DNA of 63,416 bases, counting the filler, from Neolecta irregularis DAH-3 (Eukaryota), in assembly GCA_001929475.1 (NCBI GenBank). It is 10 parts of 10 records of this genome, joined end to end, with 100 filler letters (N's around TTAATTAATTAA, not from the genome) between each part and the next. Parts side by side here need not be neighbours in the genome. Positions count along the whole stretch, not along the records: positions 1 to 23,099 come from LXFE01002965.1; 9 more parts are not named here. One strand, given 5' to 3'. A program made the translations under genes and the position numbers. Shown piece by piece: positions 1 to 12,156 of the stretch (its first letter is position 1; the number at the start of each line of letters is the position of its first letter). The notes below the pieces were generated by a model that was not told where the DNA came from, did no database searches, and worked only from the letters and a program-made list of their open reading frames with translations.

Positions 1-171
1 GGTGAAATCGGAATTTAACTGTGGAGCGCACCAAACGCGCACCTAAAATTCGAATTTTATAAAAACCACATTTTATAAAATTTAGCGCGCACCAAACCCA
101 CCCCAAGTGAATTGTAAAGTAAAATATTTCCACATCGACTTGGAAGCGTGACGTTTTAATTTTCCACCACC

Positions 172-612
172 ATGCCTATTCCACAACAGTCGTTTCCTCA
201 ACAACATGGACCTTCGACATTTGATAAACGTATCGCCATTGAATATTCCACGTCTTGCTGACTTGTAGTAAAAATGGGTGCGATGATGGGTGGATCTGTT
301 GGATTATGCGTAGGACTGTTATTTGGTATTCGGTCCCTCTTGAAATTTATTTTGACCATGTCAGGAACCGTGTCGATATTACAGCATGGGGCTGGTCCCA
401 AGGGATTCGTGAGGACTCTAGGCAAATATATGTTGTCTTCCGCTGCTACTTTTGGGTATATTCTCAAACTTTATAGATTATGTAACCTGTTCAGAGGTTT
501 CATGGCTATTGGAACGGTAATTCGTACTGAAGATAGAGGAGTCAACTTTACAAAAGCCAGTCGTGTAGTTATCTTGCGAGACCAGCGGCCTATAAACAAA
601 ACACGCTCATGA
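172..612 (+). CDS. MGR2: Mitochondrial TIM23-associated protein Mgr2/Romo1, 4 exons
   Basis: ATG at 172 (MPIPQQ...GPSTFDK); spliced motifs [42 protein letters not shown]; three short GT-AG introns. Confidence 0.9.
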
Positions 613-1680
613 TATATTTTTCTCTATATTTATCGCCAAGTCTCGTCTCCAAATACCGTGAAGAAACACTCTATCCTGTTAATTCGAAAATCAACCTTTT
701 ACACACCTCTCCATACGAATTTCCCGCTTTCGATTTTCTGTAGTCATGTATTTCCTCTCTAATTGTATTTCAGTCATTCCTAAATCAGAAACCACTCCTC
801 TAATATATTCCTCGTCAAAGAAGAAACTCAGAGTTCCATCTTGGCGAACGTACAGATTATCATGATCCAGCTTGGGTACTTCACTCGTGCAAGATTCGAA
901 GCGATTCTGCGCAGTATCCCCTGTCGCGTAATCTCGAAACACTAAATGTCCACCTGGTTTAAGCGCCTATATATTAACCCCGAGGGAAAAGTTTTTACTT
1001 GCCGATATTGCATTTCTGACCGCTTGGGTATGTGATTCGACTGGTAAAGCAGACAAGATAAATAGTAGACTAACGACGTCTACGGTCCTGCAAAGATTAT
1101 CGATAGCTGGAGACTCCGTAATATCATGTACGAATGCATCTATTTTTGTACTATCATATCGTTTATCCGCCTTTTTATTTCATTTGTTAGCTTTTCTAAA
1201 GAATAAGCGTTTTCTTACCTTTACAAGTGCAATCGCTCTGGGACTAAAATCAGTGCAATGAAAGAATAATTCGGGGTTTTCTTCGAGAGCTTCTAGTTAG
1301 ATATATTCCCCGATGGAAAAACATATACCAGGAAATATTGTACTGCCTTTTCCCAAAAGAAATCAGCAAACTAGTCATAAATTAATTCAAGGAATACCTG
1401 TTCCACACCCAATTTCAAGGACGATAACGGTTCCGGTAAATAGCCCATCAAACTTGAAAAAAATCAACATTAAATAAACGAAAAAGGAACAACACAACTT
1501 GTCGATTCAACCAATGTCGATCTTTCCAGAAACGATCTCCACACCGTTTATAAAAAATATCCCTTACATCAAAATTTAACACATAGACACACACCAATTT
1601 TTTCTGGCTTCTTTCTTGTACTTGGATATCCAAAACTGAGATAGTGTTGTTTTGGTAGGGATTTCGCGCGGTGAAGTCAT
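607..1680 (-). CDS. tRNA N3-methylcytidine methyltransferase, METTL6/METTL2 family, multi-exon
   Basis: [22 protein letters not shown] motif [25 protein letters not shown]-terminal RVFL. Confidence 0.85.
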
Positions 1681-1800
1681 TTGGCTTTGAGGAAATGTAG
1701 ATTAGCAGTTTTAAGTCCGCGGCAAATACAATTATTCATATAAAATATAATAATACATTGCCTGAATCCCTGAGATTTAACCCAAAATTATATGCACATG

Positions 1801-3570
1801 TTATGTCCGGTCTTTTTCAGATCCCTCTTGGGAGACGTCCTTTTTGTCGTCTTGCTTATTAAGGTTATGGTCTTGCTTATCGTCCCGCCCATCATATGGC
1901 TCGCCTGAATCGTCGTGGGCTATAGGCGATTTTATCAACAGGCCCGGAATGATGTTTGGCGCCAGAAATTCCGTGCCTATATCGCCGTTGATTTCATCTA
2001 GTTCTGGAGACAAGGTGGACGGAGAGGTAGTTGATAGGGTCTCAATCATTGCATTGGTGTCTTGTGCCATGACTGGAGTGAGAGGCTCTTCCTCCAATGA
2101 CCAATCCCGTCGGACTTTCACTTGATTTTTCAACTCTGTTTCCTTTTCAACAACAATCTCCAAACTGTGCTTCCGACTTCCGCTCTCAAATTGAAAGGGA
2201 GGTACAACTCCCCCTCCGATACGGGCCCAAAAACATGCTTCCCTCATTTTCGTTGCTTCTTCCCAAGCTTTGAATTCGCTGCCATCGTCGTCGGCTCGAA
2301 ACAGTCCTTCTCTGATCGCTCGTAGAAATCCAATAAAATCACACACGCTCCGCACTCGGCGAACACAATATGAACAAAGCAAATAGCGGTTAGCCAAGGG
2401 ATTGCCAGAAGTACGAAACACATGGCTGCGACCAGATTGTTGTTGCTGATCGTGATGTTGTTCTCCACATAGTGCACATGCATGTGACCTGTTCAACTTG
2501 GAAGCGGGTATTGGATCGATGACAAGCGTATTGTCAAGTATTGCCGTTAAAGTATTCCTCCGTACCAACCATGATAACCCCGGTGCAACGTCTAGTCGAA
2601 GAGTAGGCTCTATATCTTCGAGGAGACATCTCTTTACCCAACGAGTGTCTCTGAACGCTACTTGGGACGGACTTGATGGTGGAGGTGGTAATGAAGGCGA
2701 AACTAGAGGCGAAACTCTTTGGATGAGAAAATGCGGACGAGGAGAAGTTGGCGTTGAGATTGCAACTGGTTGTTGCAGTGAGAAAGACCTTGATGTCTGG
2801 CAAAACTCTGCGAAATCGCGATATGGTTGAATGTCTGAACGAAGAATTGACTGCAAAAATTGCATTGCTGGACCATTTGTAGGCTGAAAGAATCCCGGTG
2901 AATCAGGAATAGGTGCTGGGTTATAAGGATTTGATGGATCGATGACTAGACGGCTGAGAGATTCGCGGCTGGCTCGGTACCTCAATCGAGGAGTTGAAGC
3001 GTTGGACGACGACAAAACTTCGGCTTCTTCGTTCTTCATGCCCTGAATAACTGCTTTCAAAGCGGTCAGTTGGCCTTGAAGCGAAGCCAGTAACGTATCC
3101 GTCTCACGTACTCTGGCTTGTAGTTGTTCATTCTTTCGTGCCATGTCATCTCGTTCATTCCGAGCAGCCGCAACCATGGCATTTGCTTCCTCAAACAACG
3201 ACAGAGTAAGATCCTCAATTTCTTGCTCTATCGTCCTCTTGTCCTTCTCGGCTTGTCCTCTCTGGGCCCTTTCTTCCATCAATCGACGCATCAACTGTTC
3301 GGTTTGGGTTTGTACTTCTGATTTGTCGACAAGTAATCCTTTCTCCATTCGATCGAGATGGAGTTTTTGCTGCGCCTCCAGGTCTTCTATCCGCTGCTGC
3401 GCGATCTTGAGATCGCGACGAGCAACAGTAGTAGCATCCTCGAGATCAGCATTCCGATTGACCGACTCAATGAGCTTTCTGCTCAGCACTGAGACCTCGT
3501 TATGCAGGGTCGCAAGATCAGAGTTTTCAAAGTCACCATCACCAGTGGTTGACTCAGATGGGAATGGCAT
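1801..3570 (-). CDS. SEC2: Rab guanine-nucleotide exchange factor Sec2
   Basis: 589-aa ORF; coiled coil with EIEDLTLSLFEEANAMVAAAR, EDIEPTLRLD, CALCGE and LCSYCVRRVRSVCDF. Confidence 0.92.
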   Translation of the reverse strand: MPFPSESTTGDGDFENSDLATLHNEVSVLSRKLIESVNRNADLEDATTVARRDLKIAQQRIEDLEAQQKLHLDRMEKGLLVDKSEVQTQTEQLMRRLMEERAQRGQAEKDKRTIEQEIEDLTLSLFEEANAMVAAARNERDDMARKNEQLQARVRETDTLLASLQGQLTALKAVIQGMKNEEAEVLSSSNASTPRLRYRASRESLSRLVIDPSNPYNPAPIPDSPGFFQPTNGPAMQFLQSILRSDIQPYRDFAEFCQTSRSFSLQQPVAISTPTSPRPHFLIQRVSPLVSPSLPPPPSSPSQVAFRDTRWVKRCLLEDIEPTLRLDVAPGLSWLVRRNTLTAILDNTLVIDPIPASKLNRSHACALCGEQHHDQQQQSGRSHVFRTSGNPLANRYLLCSYCVRRVRSVCDFIGFLRAIREGLFRADDDGSEFKAWEEATKMREACFWARIGGGVVPPFQFESGSRKHSLEIVVEKETELKNQVKVRRDWSLEEEPLTPVMAQDTNAMIETLSTTSPSTLSPELDEINGDIGTEFLAPNIIPGLLIKSPIAHDDSGEPYDGRDDKQDHNLNKQDDKKDVSQEGSEKDRT

Positions 3571-3660
3571 GGATTGAGGCTATGGGTGGGAAAAGCCGAC
3601 CAGAAGACGGTCCAAGGCGGAGAATTCATAAACTTGCTACACCGAAATCAACAACCTATA

Positions 3661-4149
3661 ATGGACGATTCCGAACTCAAAGCTATTAGGGAAGCACGCC
3701 TTCGTCAGCTCCAACAACAAAATCAGCACAGTGCGCAGAATAATGCAACTGGCGCTGGAAACGCGCCTGCACCTGGCGAGAAGTCTCAAGAAGAGGAAGC
3801 CAGAAGAGCTATAGTAATCAACCCATCAACAGCTCTACTTAGTCACAGTTATCTCAAATCTTTATGCCGGAATCTCGAGAACGTCTGTCACGAATATCCA
3901 TTGTCAAGCCAGAGAGAGCCCGCGCAGTAGAAGACTTGATCATTCAAAGCGCTCAGCAGGGCCGATTACGTTCTCGAGTATCTGAGAAAGAATTAATAGA
4001 TCTTTTAGATCAAATTTCTAAACAAGAGTCGAATAAAAGGGAGGCAAAAATAGTAGTACAGATCCTCTGATTTTGCGAATTGATGCATATAGTATACACG
4101 GCGAACGATTGCGGATGAGAACGAAGATGATGACGAGCTCTTTGAATAG
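3661..4149 (+). CDS. PDCD5/Sdd2-family protein, 3 exons
   Basis: MDDSELKAIREARLRQLQ; ERLSRISIVKPERARAVEDLII; acidic tail DENEDDDELFE. Confidence 0.9.
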
Positions 4150-4239
4150 ATAGACCGTCCTTAATCTTTGCATGTACATATATGTATCCTTGACATTGTC
4201 CATAGTCTACGCCAGGATTGTTCCACGGGCTTTCTGAAC

Positions 4240-5368
4240 ATGACGTCAACTTATCCGCTGCTACTCAGTCTCCATGATTTACAGCTCAAAGAACAAGAGA
4301 CATCGGTGTGCTGTGATATTAAATGCGGCTAACACTATTAGAAAGCAGAGCTGGCATGGGTGCTCTCAAAAGTGCTTCCACGTTGTTTAGCATCACTGCG
4401 AGACACTCTCGCCGAATGCCAGGAATTACTCCAACCACGCGAACCCGGTGTAGTGCTGCCATTATCTAGTGTCAGAAGCGAGGCGCTTAAAGGATTCATC
4501 CGCCGAGTGGGGACTCAAATAGTCAAGAGCGTAATACGGTTCAAGGGATTGCCTAAATTGATAGGAAATGCAAATCAAAATTCAAGGGTTAATTAGAGGA
4601 CAGTTGTACAAAATTTCCTTATCCCCGGGTGACACAATTACGATCAATCAAGTAGGACTTGAGTGGGGAATATTGCTAATGCAAGTCATAGTTGGCGATG
4701 GCTCAGTCGTTGATCGAGGTCACTCTTGAGCAGCTGAGCATGAAGATTGACTTGTCTAATTCATCGACGGCACTTGGGGTATGACTTTTGCAAATCCCAT
4801 TCTAAAACCAAGCATATAGATACGTTATTGTCAAATCTCAAACTTGCTTGCAATAGCCTGAAAACGCCCTCGCCCGCAGAGCTCTTTCCACAAACATCAA
4901 TAAATCACGAGGTATAGCCAAAATTCAAACTGCAATCTCATACTAGCTGGATCAGATATTTTCTCCGCCACTTCCATCACATGTGTCAGTAAATATCCAT
5001 ATCTGCGAGGCAGCCATTATCACGGAGATCCGTACTCTAGTGCTGCATGATGAGCGGCCAAAGAACGGCGAAGGTGGTATGGCCTCGAAACTTGGGCTCA
5101 TTCGCATAAACCCCAATGCACAAGATGATGTTTAGTAATGCAAAGGTTGTATAATCTGCTGACAATGCAGTGAGTTTGAGGGAGGGTATGCCAGAGTTGT
5201 GGATCGGGTTCGGGTGGAAAGCCAAGACCCAAACATTATATCTTTATCGGCTAAACTAGCAGGCGTGTGATGATTGGACAATAGGGTGCTGACAGACTAG
5301 TTTTAGAGCGGGTACTGGCAGAAGCAAGATTAAAAGTGACAACTGCACTGGAGGGAACCGATTTATGA
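4240..5368 (+). CDS. RAV2: RAVE complex subunit Rav2 (Rogdi family), multi-exon
   Basis: ELAWVL, LPLSSVRSEALKGFIRRVG, FSPPLP, VRVESQDP..SAKL; last exon requires GC-AG intron 5263-5300. Confidence 0.8.
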
Positions 5369-5995
5369 CCGGACAGCAGGGAAAGCGGTGCTCATTCGGA
5401 GTTTGCGGTGCTGGACTATTTAGCCGAGGCTATGAAGGGGAAAAATACTTTTTGATCTGCTTCCAGAGTCAGGCGATGGAGGCTGTATGCCAGCCGATCC
5501 TTTTTCATCTTGAGGGCTTTGAGCTTGTCGGGGTTTGCAGAACTGCTGGACTCTGGGCCGGTAGTAGGGGTAGTAGAGGGTCGAGATTTGTGAGGTTTTT
5601 GCTGCAGACGAACAGATTGCAAATCAGCCTAATGTCTGAATTCTGGACATCAAATGTTGAGTCACCTTGCTCTGCAGGGCATTTTTTCTGCGCTCGAGCT
5701 TTGCCAAGGCGGCCTCTGCGCGTTTAAGCAGCTCGTGCACCTGAGGCGCGACTTCGGCAGCGATTGCGTGCTGGGCGGCAAAAATGTCTGATTTAGCCAC
5801 GAGCTCAAAGTGCTGCAAGAGTCAGACGGGAGGAAATTGCAGGAATTGCACTCTGTTGCAGGCGAGCACGGAGGCGAGGCGTGGAAAGTCGCAGATGCCC
5901 TGGTGCAGCGTATCGAGAGCCACGGCCATAGTCTGGACGCTGGCGGTGAGAGACGAGACACAGCCAGAAAGACTGTGCGAGACGGGATTGTCCAT
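5363..5995 (-). CDS. SPC19: DASH/Dam1 kinetochore complex subunit Spc19, 4 exons
   Basis: SLSGCVSSL, DFPRLASVL, HFELV, EVAPQVHELL..AKLERR, C-terminal QK-HRKLRMS. Confidence 0.85.
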
Positions 5996-6067
5996 TGGCA
6001 GGTGGTGATAATGTGATGTTGTGGTGGATGGGGTGTATGCGGTTATTAAGGGATGGGGATTGGTAAT

Positions 6068-6190
6068 GTCTGTTAGATACGATTCTGTCTACCGGGTTAG
6101 ATAGGTACGATTGCTAGATAGATGGTCTACCGGGTTAGATAGATACGATTCTGTCTACCCTGCTAGATATATTGTCTGGTGGTCTGTTGG
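6068..6190. repeat. Imperfect tandem repeat (tagata / tctaccgggttagatag units) in the spc19-atp18 divergent intergenic region
   Basis: gatacgattctgtctacc and tctaccgggttagatag each occur twice. Confidence 0.7.
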
Positions 6191-6264
6191 ATAGTACTGG
6201 GTCAAAGATGTGTGATGGTTATATAGTTGGCGATGGGGTGTATGCGCTCCTCGTCTACGACACC

Positions 6265-6587
6265 ATGACTTTTCTGGGTATGCGCAAATGGCCCACCCCT
6301 ATGGCCAAACCGCTCTGGCCCTTTGCGGTGGCAGGCAATGCTTCTTGCCTGGTCGACGCTGACCATCCAGGCGCCCTCGTCTTCTACGGCGTTTCAAAGA
6401 TAGCAGACGCCCTCATGGAATGTATGCTCCTCCGCCCACACCGCATGTTAACCTCCTCCAGCGGAAGAGTTCAAATACGACCCAAGAAACCCAAAAGGTG
6501 CCCAATCCGCTTTAGCATTGCTGACATCCAGTGCGTTCTGGCGCGCGCTCAATACGGAAAGATCCAGCTGATGCCGCACATCATTGA
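6265..6587 (+). CDS. ATP18: Mitochondrial ATP synthase subunit i/j, 4 exons
   Basis: RKWPTPMAKPLWPF..G-ALVFYGVSK, SEEFKYDPRNP; first intron 6335-6370 is GC-AG. Confidence 0.9.
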
Positions 6588-6719
6588 GCGGTGCTAAATA
6601 CATTTGTCGTAAATTAGTAGGCAAGCTTGATACATGTGCATGTGGCCAATTGCCTACTGGTCTCTCTGGTAGACATTTTGCTCTTTGCGGCGTTGTAGTA
6701 TTCTCCTTCCAGATCTCCC

Positions 6720-7915
6720 ATGTCAAAAATTCAGCCCCTTCTACTTCGTCCAAAAGGTTTGCCCTACAAAACTGTTGGCCCTATCTGCCGCCCCATTAAT
6801 TCCACAGCTGCCTCGTATCGCCCCTCGTATTTCAAGGAGCAGTCTCTCATAGCCACAAAAATTGTCGGTTATGGCCTGACCGTTACCGGGCTGCTTGCCA
6901 CGGCTTCATTTTTTGGCACAGCCCTATATCTTGAATTAAAAAATCCCACCTCAGAAGCCCTTCCAATAAAATCCCGTCTTTTACAGCTATTTGGTCGAAT
7001 CTTCAGAGTCATCGACTCTCATGAAGCCCACACTCTATTATTGAAGGCGTTCAGTTATGTCGACATGGACCCAAAGCAATTGCAGGACGTCAAAGATATG
7101 TCGTTCATCAACGCATGGATCGACCTGGCAAGAGAGCTTGCAAGTTCTGAATATCGAATGGGCGATTTATCAAGAGCAGCCGCACTCTACAATAAAATCA
7201 TATCCATCCCAAACATCGACAGGCTAATAAAAAGCGATATTCTACGTCTTTTGGGAGAGCTACATATTGAGACCAAGGATTACGAATCGGCAATTGAACT
7301 CTTGCGTCAAGCTATTGAATCCGCCGGCGGAGATATCAAAGCCTCTCAGTATTCCTCAAAAATATCTATCCCAACAGCCCCTCTTCCTCCAGAACAACTT
7401 ATCGCAGCAGCTGATACCCTTGCTTCATTGTATGCTCGAAAAAGAGACTTCAAGGCTGCCATGTCCATCTTTCTTTCCATCCTTCGAGCTCAACGAACCG
7501 CTCAACAGCTTCCAAATCCCCCAAGATATTCCGATCCATGCATTGAAGCAAAGGTCATGTCTCATCTCGGTGAAATCTTCTGGGCACTGGGTAAGAAAGA
7601 CGATGGAATAAGTTGGATCACAGCCTCTAAAGAAAAAGCTGAAATTGGGGGGAGGAAATCTTTAAAGATGGCATGCGACCTTTGTGTCGCCAATGCATCA
7701 AACAATCTTGGACTAATGATGGAGGTGAGCATAAATATCGAGTAGGTATTGACAAACAGAACATGAACAAACTGGAAGAAGCGAAAGCCTTTTATAAGGA
7801 CGCGTTTAGAATCGCCTCCAAGCTCGGCGATATAGACAAACAGTTTGATTATGCCTCAAACAGCGAAAGAGTCGAAAAGAAACTAAGGTCGATGGAGAAA
7901 AAAAGTAGTAGTTGA
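6720..7915 (+). CDS. TPR-repeat protein with basic presequence-like N-terminus and one predicted TM segment; probably mitochondrial, function unknown
   Basis: 341-aa ORF plus short last exon; TPR-like helices (LGELHIETKDYESAIELL, LGEIFWALGK, NNLGLMM). Confidence 0.65.
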
Positions 7916-7981
7916 TCATTTCTGTATTTACATGCTTTAAACTAATGAATATTGAATATGCCGTGGAAATTGTGAGTACCG

Positions 7982-8435
7982 CTACCAAGAAGCTTTCTTT
8001 ACACCTGCAAGTTCTCCAGCTTTTGCCTGTAAACGGAATTGGAACTAGTTTTACATCAGAATTACTTTTGAAATTAAGTACATACCCTACAGAGACCGAA
8101 ATCTCGAAGGACTCCACGACCTCGTCCAGTCTCAATGCACCTGTTTTTGACCTGGGTAATTCTGGTATAAGGATGCATGGCTGCGAGCTCGAGTTGGGCC
8201 TTTGATCTAATTTTCGCAGGTAGTGTTGTATTTCGGGATATATATCTTAGCGCCTGCCTGAAGGGTTCTGCAACCGCCGCCATCACTCTTTTTTCTGTGT
8301 CTCTTCGAATCCGGCACTTCATGCCTTTGTCGTAGTATTTCGAGTGGTATGTCGAAACCCAAAAAATTCCAACAGTAGGACCTCCGCCGGTAACGGATAT
8401 ACTCCACCATTTTTGGCTAGTTTACTCCTATACAT
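7982..8435 (-). CDS. MRP2: Mitochondrial ribosomal protein uS14m, 3 exons
   Basis: [39 protein letters not shown]. Confidence 0.92.
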
Positions 8436-8601
8436 AAATTTGTGCTTCTTGGTTTGCCGATTAGAAATGACGCATAGAAGAGAATAAACCTTTTCCGGAA
8501 TTACGCCCGTTTCAGGTGCAGAACTGGTATCATTATTATCTATTACTATTATCCATTCACTGGTCGATACTGCATCTGCTCTCAAGTATCTTACGCTTGG
8601 G

Positions 8602-10185
8602 ATGGACAAGCACTTTAAGGAATATGCTATGCTTGTCCCTCGCTATACTTATACTTGCAGGGCTTTCATCTTCCGCCCTCAGTGCAAATAGATTCAACCC
8701 AGGCCTGTATAGTCGAATCGTCAGACACCCCAAACGCGCCAGAAACAAAAGACATATTCTTCCCAAACCACCAGAATGAAATATCACATGCTGCTGTCGA
8801 CGTATCTCGCTACAGCAGCCCAAAATATTAACCTGAAAGATCGGAGGATCGTTGGCCAAGGTCGTGTATTTCACCAGGGAAGAAGGCGGAGGTGGCCGTC
8901 TAAACTTTTCAAAGTTCGAAACTGCACATATTGAAGAATGCATTACCTTCCTAGCTAGTATTATTGAAAATCGAAGAAGATCAAAACAGAAGTCAAGTTC
9001 AGATATCACAATCATGGCTACCGGCGGCGGCGCATTTAAATTCTACGATCGGATTAAGAAAGAAATTGGCGTGGAAATCATACGTGAAGAGGAAATGGAA
9101 TGTCTTATCGTTGGTGCGTTGTTTATTGTCCATTTTGGCGTTGATGATAGGTCTCGATTTCTTCATTACACAGATTCCGGGAGAAGTGTTTACATATAGC
9201 GACGAAGATGGTCTAAACTTGGTTACTAGACGGACACCTGCGATATATCCTTATTTGGTATGTTTTCCTACAGCCATGACTAATTCAAAGCTCGTTAATA
9301 TTGGTTCAGGTGTGAGGTCAAGGCATTTATCTTGCAAAGGACTAATATTTAGTATGATTAAAGTATCTGGGCAGTCTCAATTCCAGCGGATAGGTGGGTC
9401 TTCAGTATGCAGATCTCCTTGTAATGTTTCCTCACTTCAAGCTCGGTGGTGGTACTCTGTGGGGTTTGTTATCAGCACTCACACCTGCAAAGTCTTTTGA
9501 CGGTATGCTTTGCATCAAAGGTGTACCTAAGCGTAGAAATGCTCGAGATGTCGGAATCGGGGAATAACACTACAGTTGATATGCTTGTAGGTGACATCTA
9601 CGGCACAGACTATGAGAAAATCGGACTCAAATCGACGACTATTGCGAGTACCTTTGGCAAAGCTTTTAGGAAATACCAAGAGAGAAAATTGACAGGTGAA
9701 GATAAAGATGATAATACCCCGTTATTCCAGCCAGAAGATCTCTGTCGTAGCTTATTATATGCTATAAGGTATTTTCTTCGTGCAGGGGACCAAACTTTGT
9801 TGATTTTGTAGTAATAATATTGGTCAAATCGCGTATCTACAGGCGCAAAATCATAACTTGGAACATATATACTTTGGCGGCTCCTTCATTCGAGGTGAAC
9901 ATCTTTTTTCTTTATCATGCTTACAAAAAGGACATATCGTACCTATGAACACTCTATCATATGCGATCAAGTTTTGGTCCAAAGGAACAAAGCAGGCTTA
10001 TTTTCTTCGACATGAGGGTTATCTCGGAGCCATCGGCGCTTTCCTAAAGTATCTCTTTGGTATGGTGACATCCTGTTCATATTTCTAGGCATCAACCAAC
10101 GAACTGGGGTCGGTCGAATGGTTTCAGTACAGAAGATGCATCACTTGAAAGACAGGAATTCACGCAAGTAAACGGATGTCGTTGA
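8602..10185 (+). CDS. CAB1: Type II pantothenate kinase, multi-exon; first intron boundary uncertain
   Basis: [56 protein letters not shown]. Confidence 0.93.
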
Positions 10186-10327
10186 TACAAGATCCGAATC
10201 ATGGAACAGTTAAAGCCTAGCTAATATATTCAAAACCATGAGGAACTCTTTCCTTTTCTATTCAACGCCAATTTTCAATTTTTCTAAAGCGGTAGGTATA
10301 GCTGGAGAAACAATTTAATGTCAAAAT

Positions 10328-10769
10328 TTATGCAAGTTGGCCTGCTATCTGGCGATCATGAAAGAGAGCAAGCTTGTCTCGGAGCACCGCTTCTTGCATT
10401 GCCTTTTTGATCGTCCCACTCACATGTACTACATTGACTATTACTGGCTGACCGAGGATATTGTTCATAAAGGTCAGAGCCGCCCACGCTATCCGAAGAT
10501 ACTGGCGACCCACGCGCAGTATCCCTGTAGATGTTGCCTGCGAAAAATACTTTACTATATATCAGCTACAGTGATCTTTTTGTGCACAAACCTAATAGAC
10601 TGGCGGCTACGGATCCGCTGCCCCACGAACCAAAATTGAACGCAATTTGATCGCGCAACAGCGAAGCAAAATGCGCACAAGTCAAATCTGGTGGTGATGG
10701 ACGAGAGACAGGCGTTTGTTCTGGATATAGTACGGAAAACAGCAAGTAGCGATATTTTATGCGGACCAT
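10328..10769 (-). CDS. POP5: RNase P/MRP subunit Pop5
   Basis: MVRIKYRYLL, NFGSWG, WAALTFM, VVHVSGTIKK. Confidence 0.9.
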
Positions 10770-10831
10770 CGGTTATCGGTGACGTCGATGTTCGATTTAT
10801 ATTCCACAGCCGTCAACAAACCTCCAGCGAC

Positions 10832-12097
10832 ATGGCCAAACAATTCGATGTAGTGAGTGCCACTGCGTATTTTCCTTGATTAAACCAAGAAACAAGCTAA
10901 TACAATCCGCAGAACTCTCGATTCCTTCGCTTCAACACGTCTTTCTCTACATCGGTATAGAGAGGAATTTGGTCGTAAAACTGCCCAAACTCACACCGGC
11001 TCAACAGCCGTCAGCGACGCTACGCGTACTTCGGAAACTACAACAATCCAATCGGATCTCCCGAACCCCTTGGGTGTCGAAGCAGACCTCAATCACTTCA
11101 AAGAGCTCTTCAGCAAGCTGAAATTCAGTTACCTCGAGCAGGAGACAAAGGAGAAATATCTGAAAGCGCTTCTGGAAGATCCTCCTCAATTCGTAGATCA
11201 AACGGGGATAAATGAACACGGTGTGCATGCAATTAGAATCACGCAAGGCTTATGGTAGAGGAAATCAACATCGCGAAGAAAATGCAAGTCAATGAAAGGA
11301 AAAAAGAGGTCCAACATACAAAGTCGCAGATTTCTCAACTCGCAAAGAAGTTGGGCGATGGTGAGTTGTGTTGCTAATGATCTTCTAATGAGAGATTATA
11401 CCGAATTATCAACACAGGTTCAAGAATCGCAATTGATACTCAAAGAGATTCAGGAAATGGAAGAAGAGTTAACACAGCTTTTGGACGATGAGAACGAGAG
11501 CCAACAAGTAGTATCCATTCAAGAGCGCAAAGGCTCATGTATAGCAAATCCCTTTACCCGATATGATCGCCATTGCTGAGGATCACGAAATGGAAGAGTC
11601 AAAATTGGCAAGCGAAATATCAAATAATAGAACTATGATTACTGAATCGACACGTCAGCTGGAGATCCTTCAGACACAAGAACGACGACTGAATCTCAAG
11701 AAACTGCAAGTTGAGGCAATGGCCCAGGATGCCTTACGAGTGCGAGCCTCAGAGAATCAACATTCTCGACATAGAAAAGAAGAACTTGGTAGATGGTATA
11801 TCAAGCTGCAATGACCAGTCTGATAACAGGTATCGCTCGATGATTGACCTGATGCAGCGAAAGCTCTCTATAAAGTCATTCGAAATACTCACGGACAAGG
11901 AAGAGATTGACATTGTGCTTGAAACAAAAACCAAGCCCGTCGCCATTCAAGTCTTCTTCCGAGGAACAAATTTTGTTGACGCCAAGGTTCCTATTGGATT
12001 TGACATTGATGAAATCGTTCAGGAAGCGAGATCACGCAACGATGTCGCCTATGCGATCAACCAAATTAGGATTTCCGCCGACTCGCGACTACCATGA
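10832..12097 (+). CDS. sos7: Kinetochore protein Sos7/Kre28 family, multi-exon
   Basis: Signature HFKELFSKLKFSYLEQETKEKYLKALLEDPP followed by coiled coil and EELGRWY. Confidence 0.82.
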
Positions 12098-12156
12098 TTC
12101 CACCCAAAATCCAAATATACAATTCAGCTAATAGAATGTAAATCAGCTCCAATGGT

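Noticed and set aside
1844-3577. Many antisense and alternative-frame ORFs over sec2 and other genes
   Set aside because: Shadow ORFs of real coding regions with no motifs
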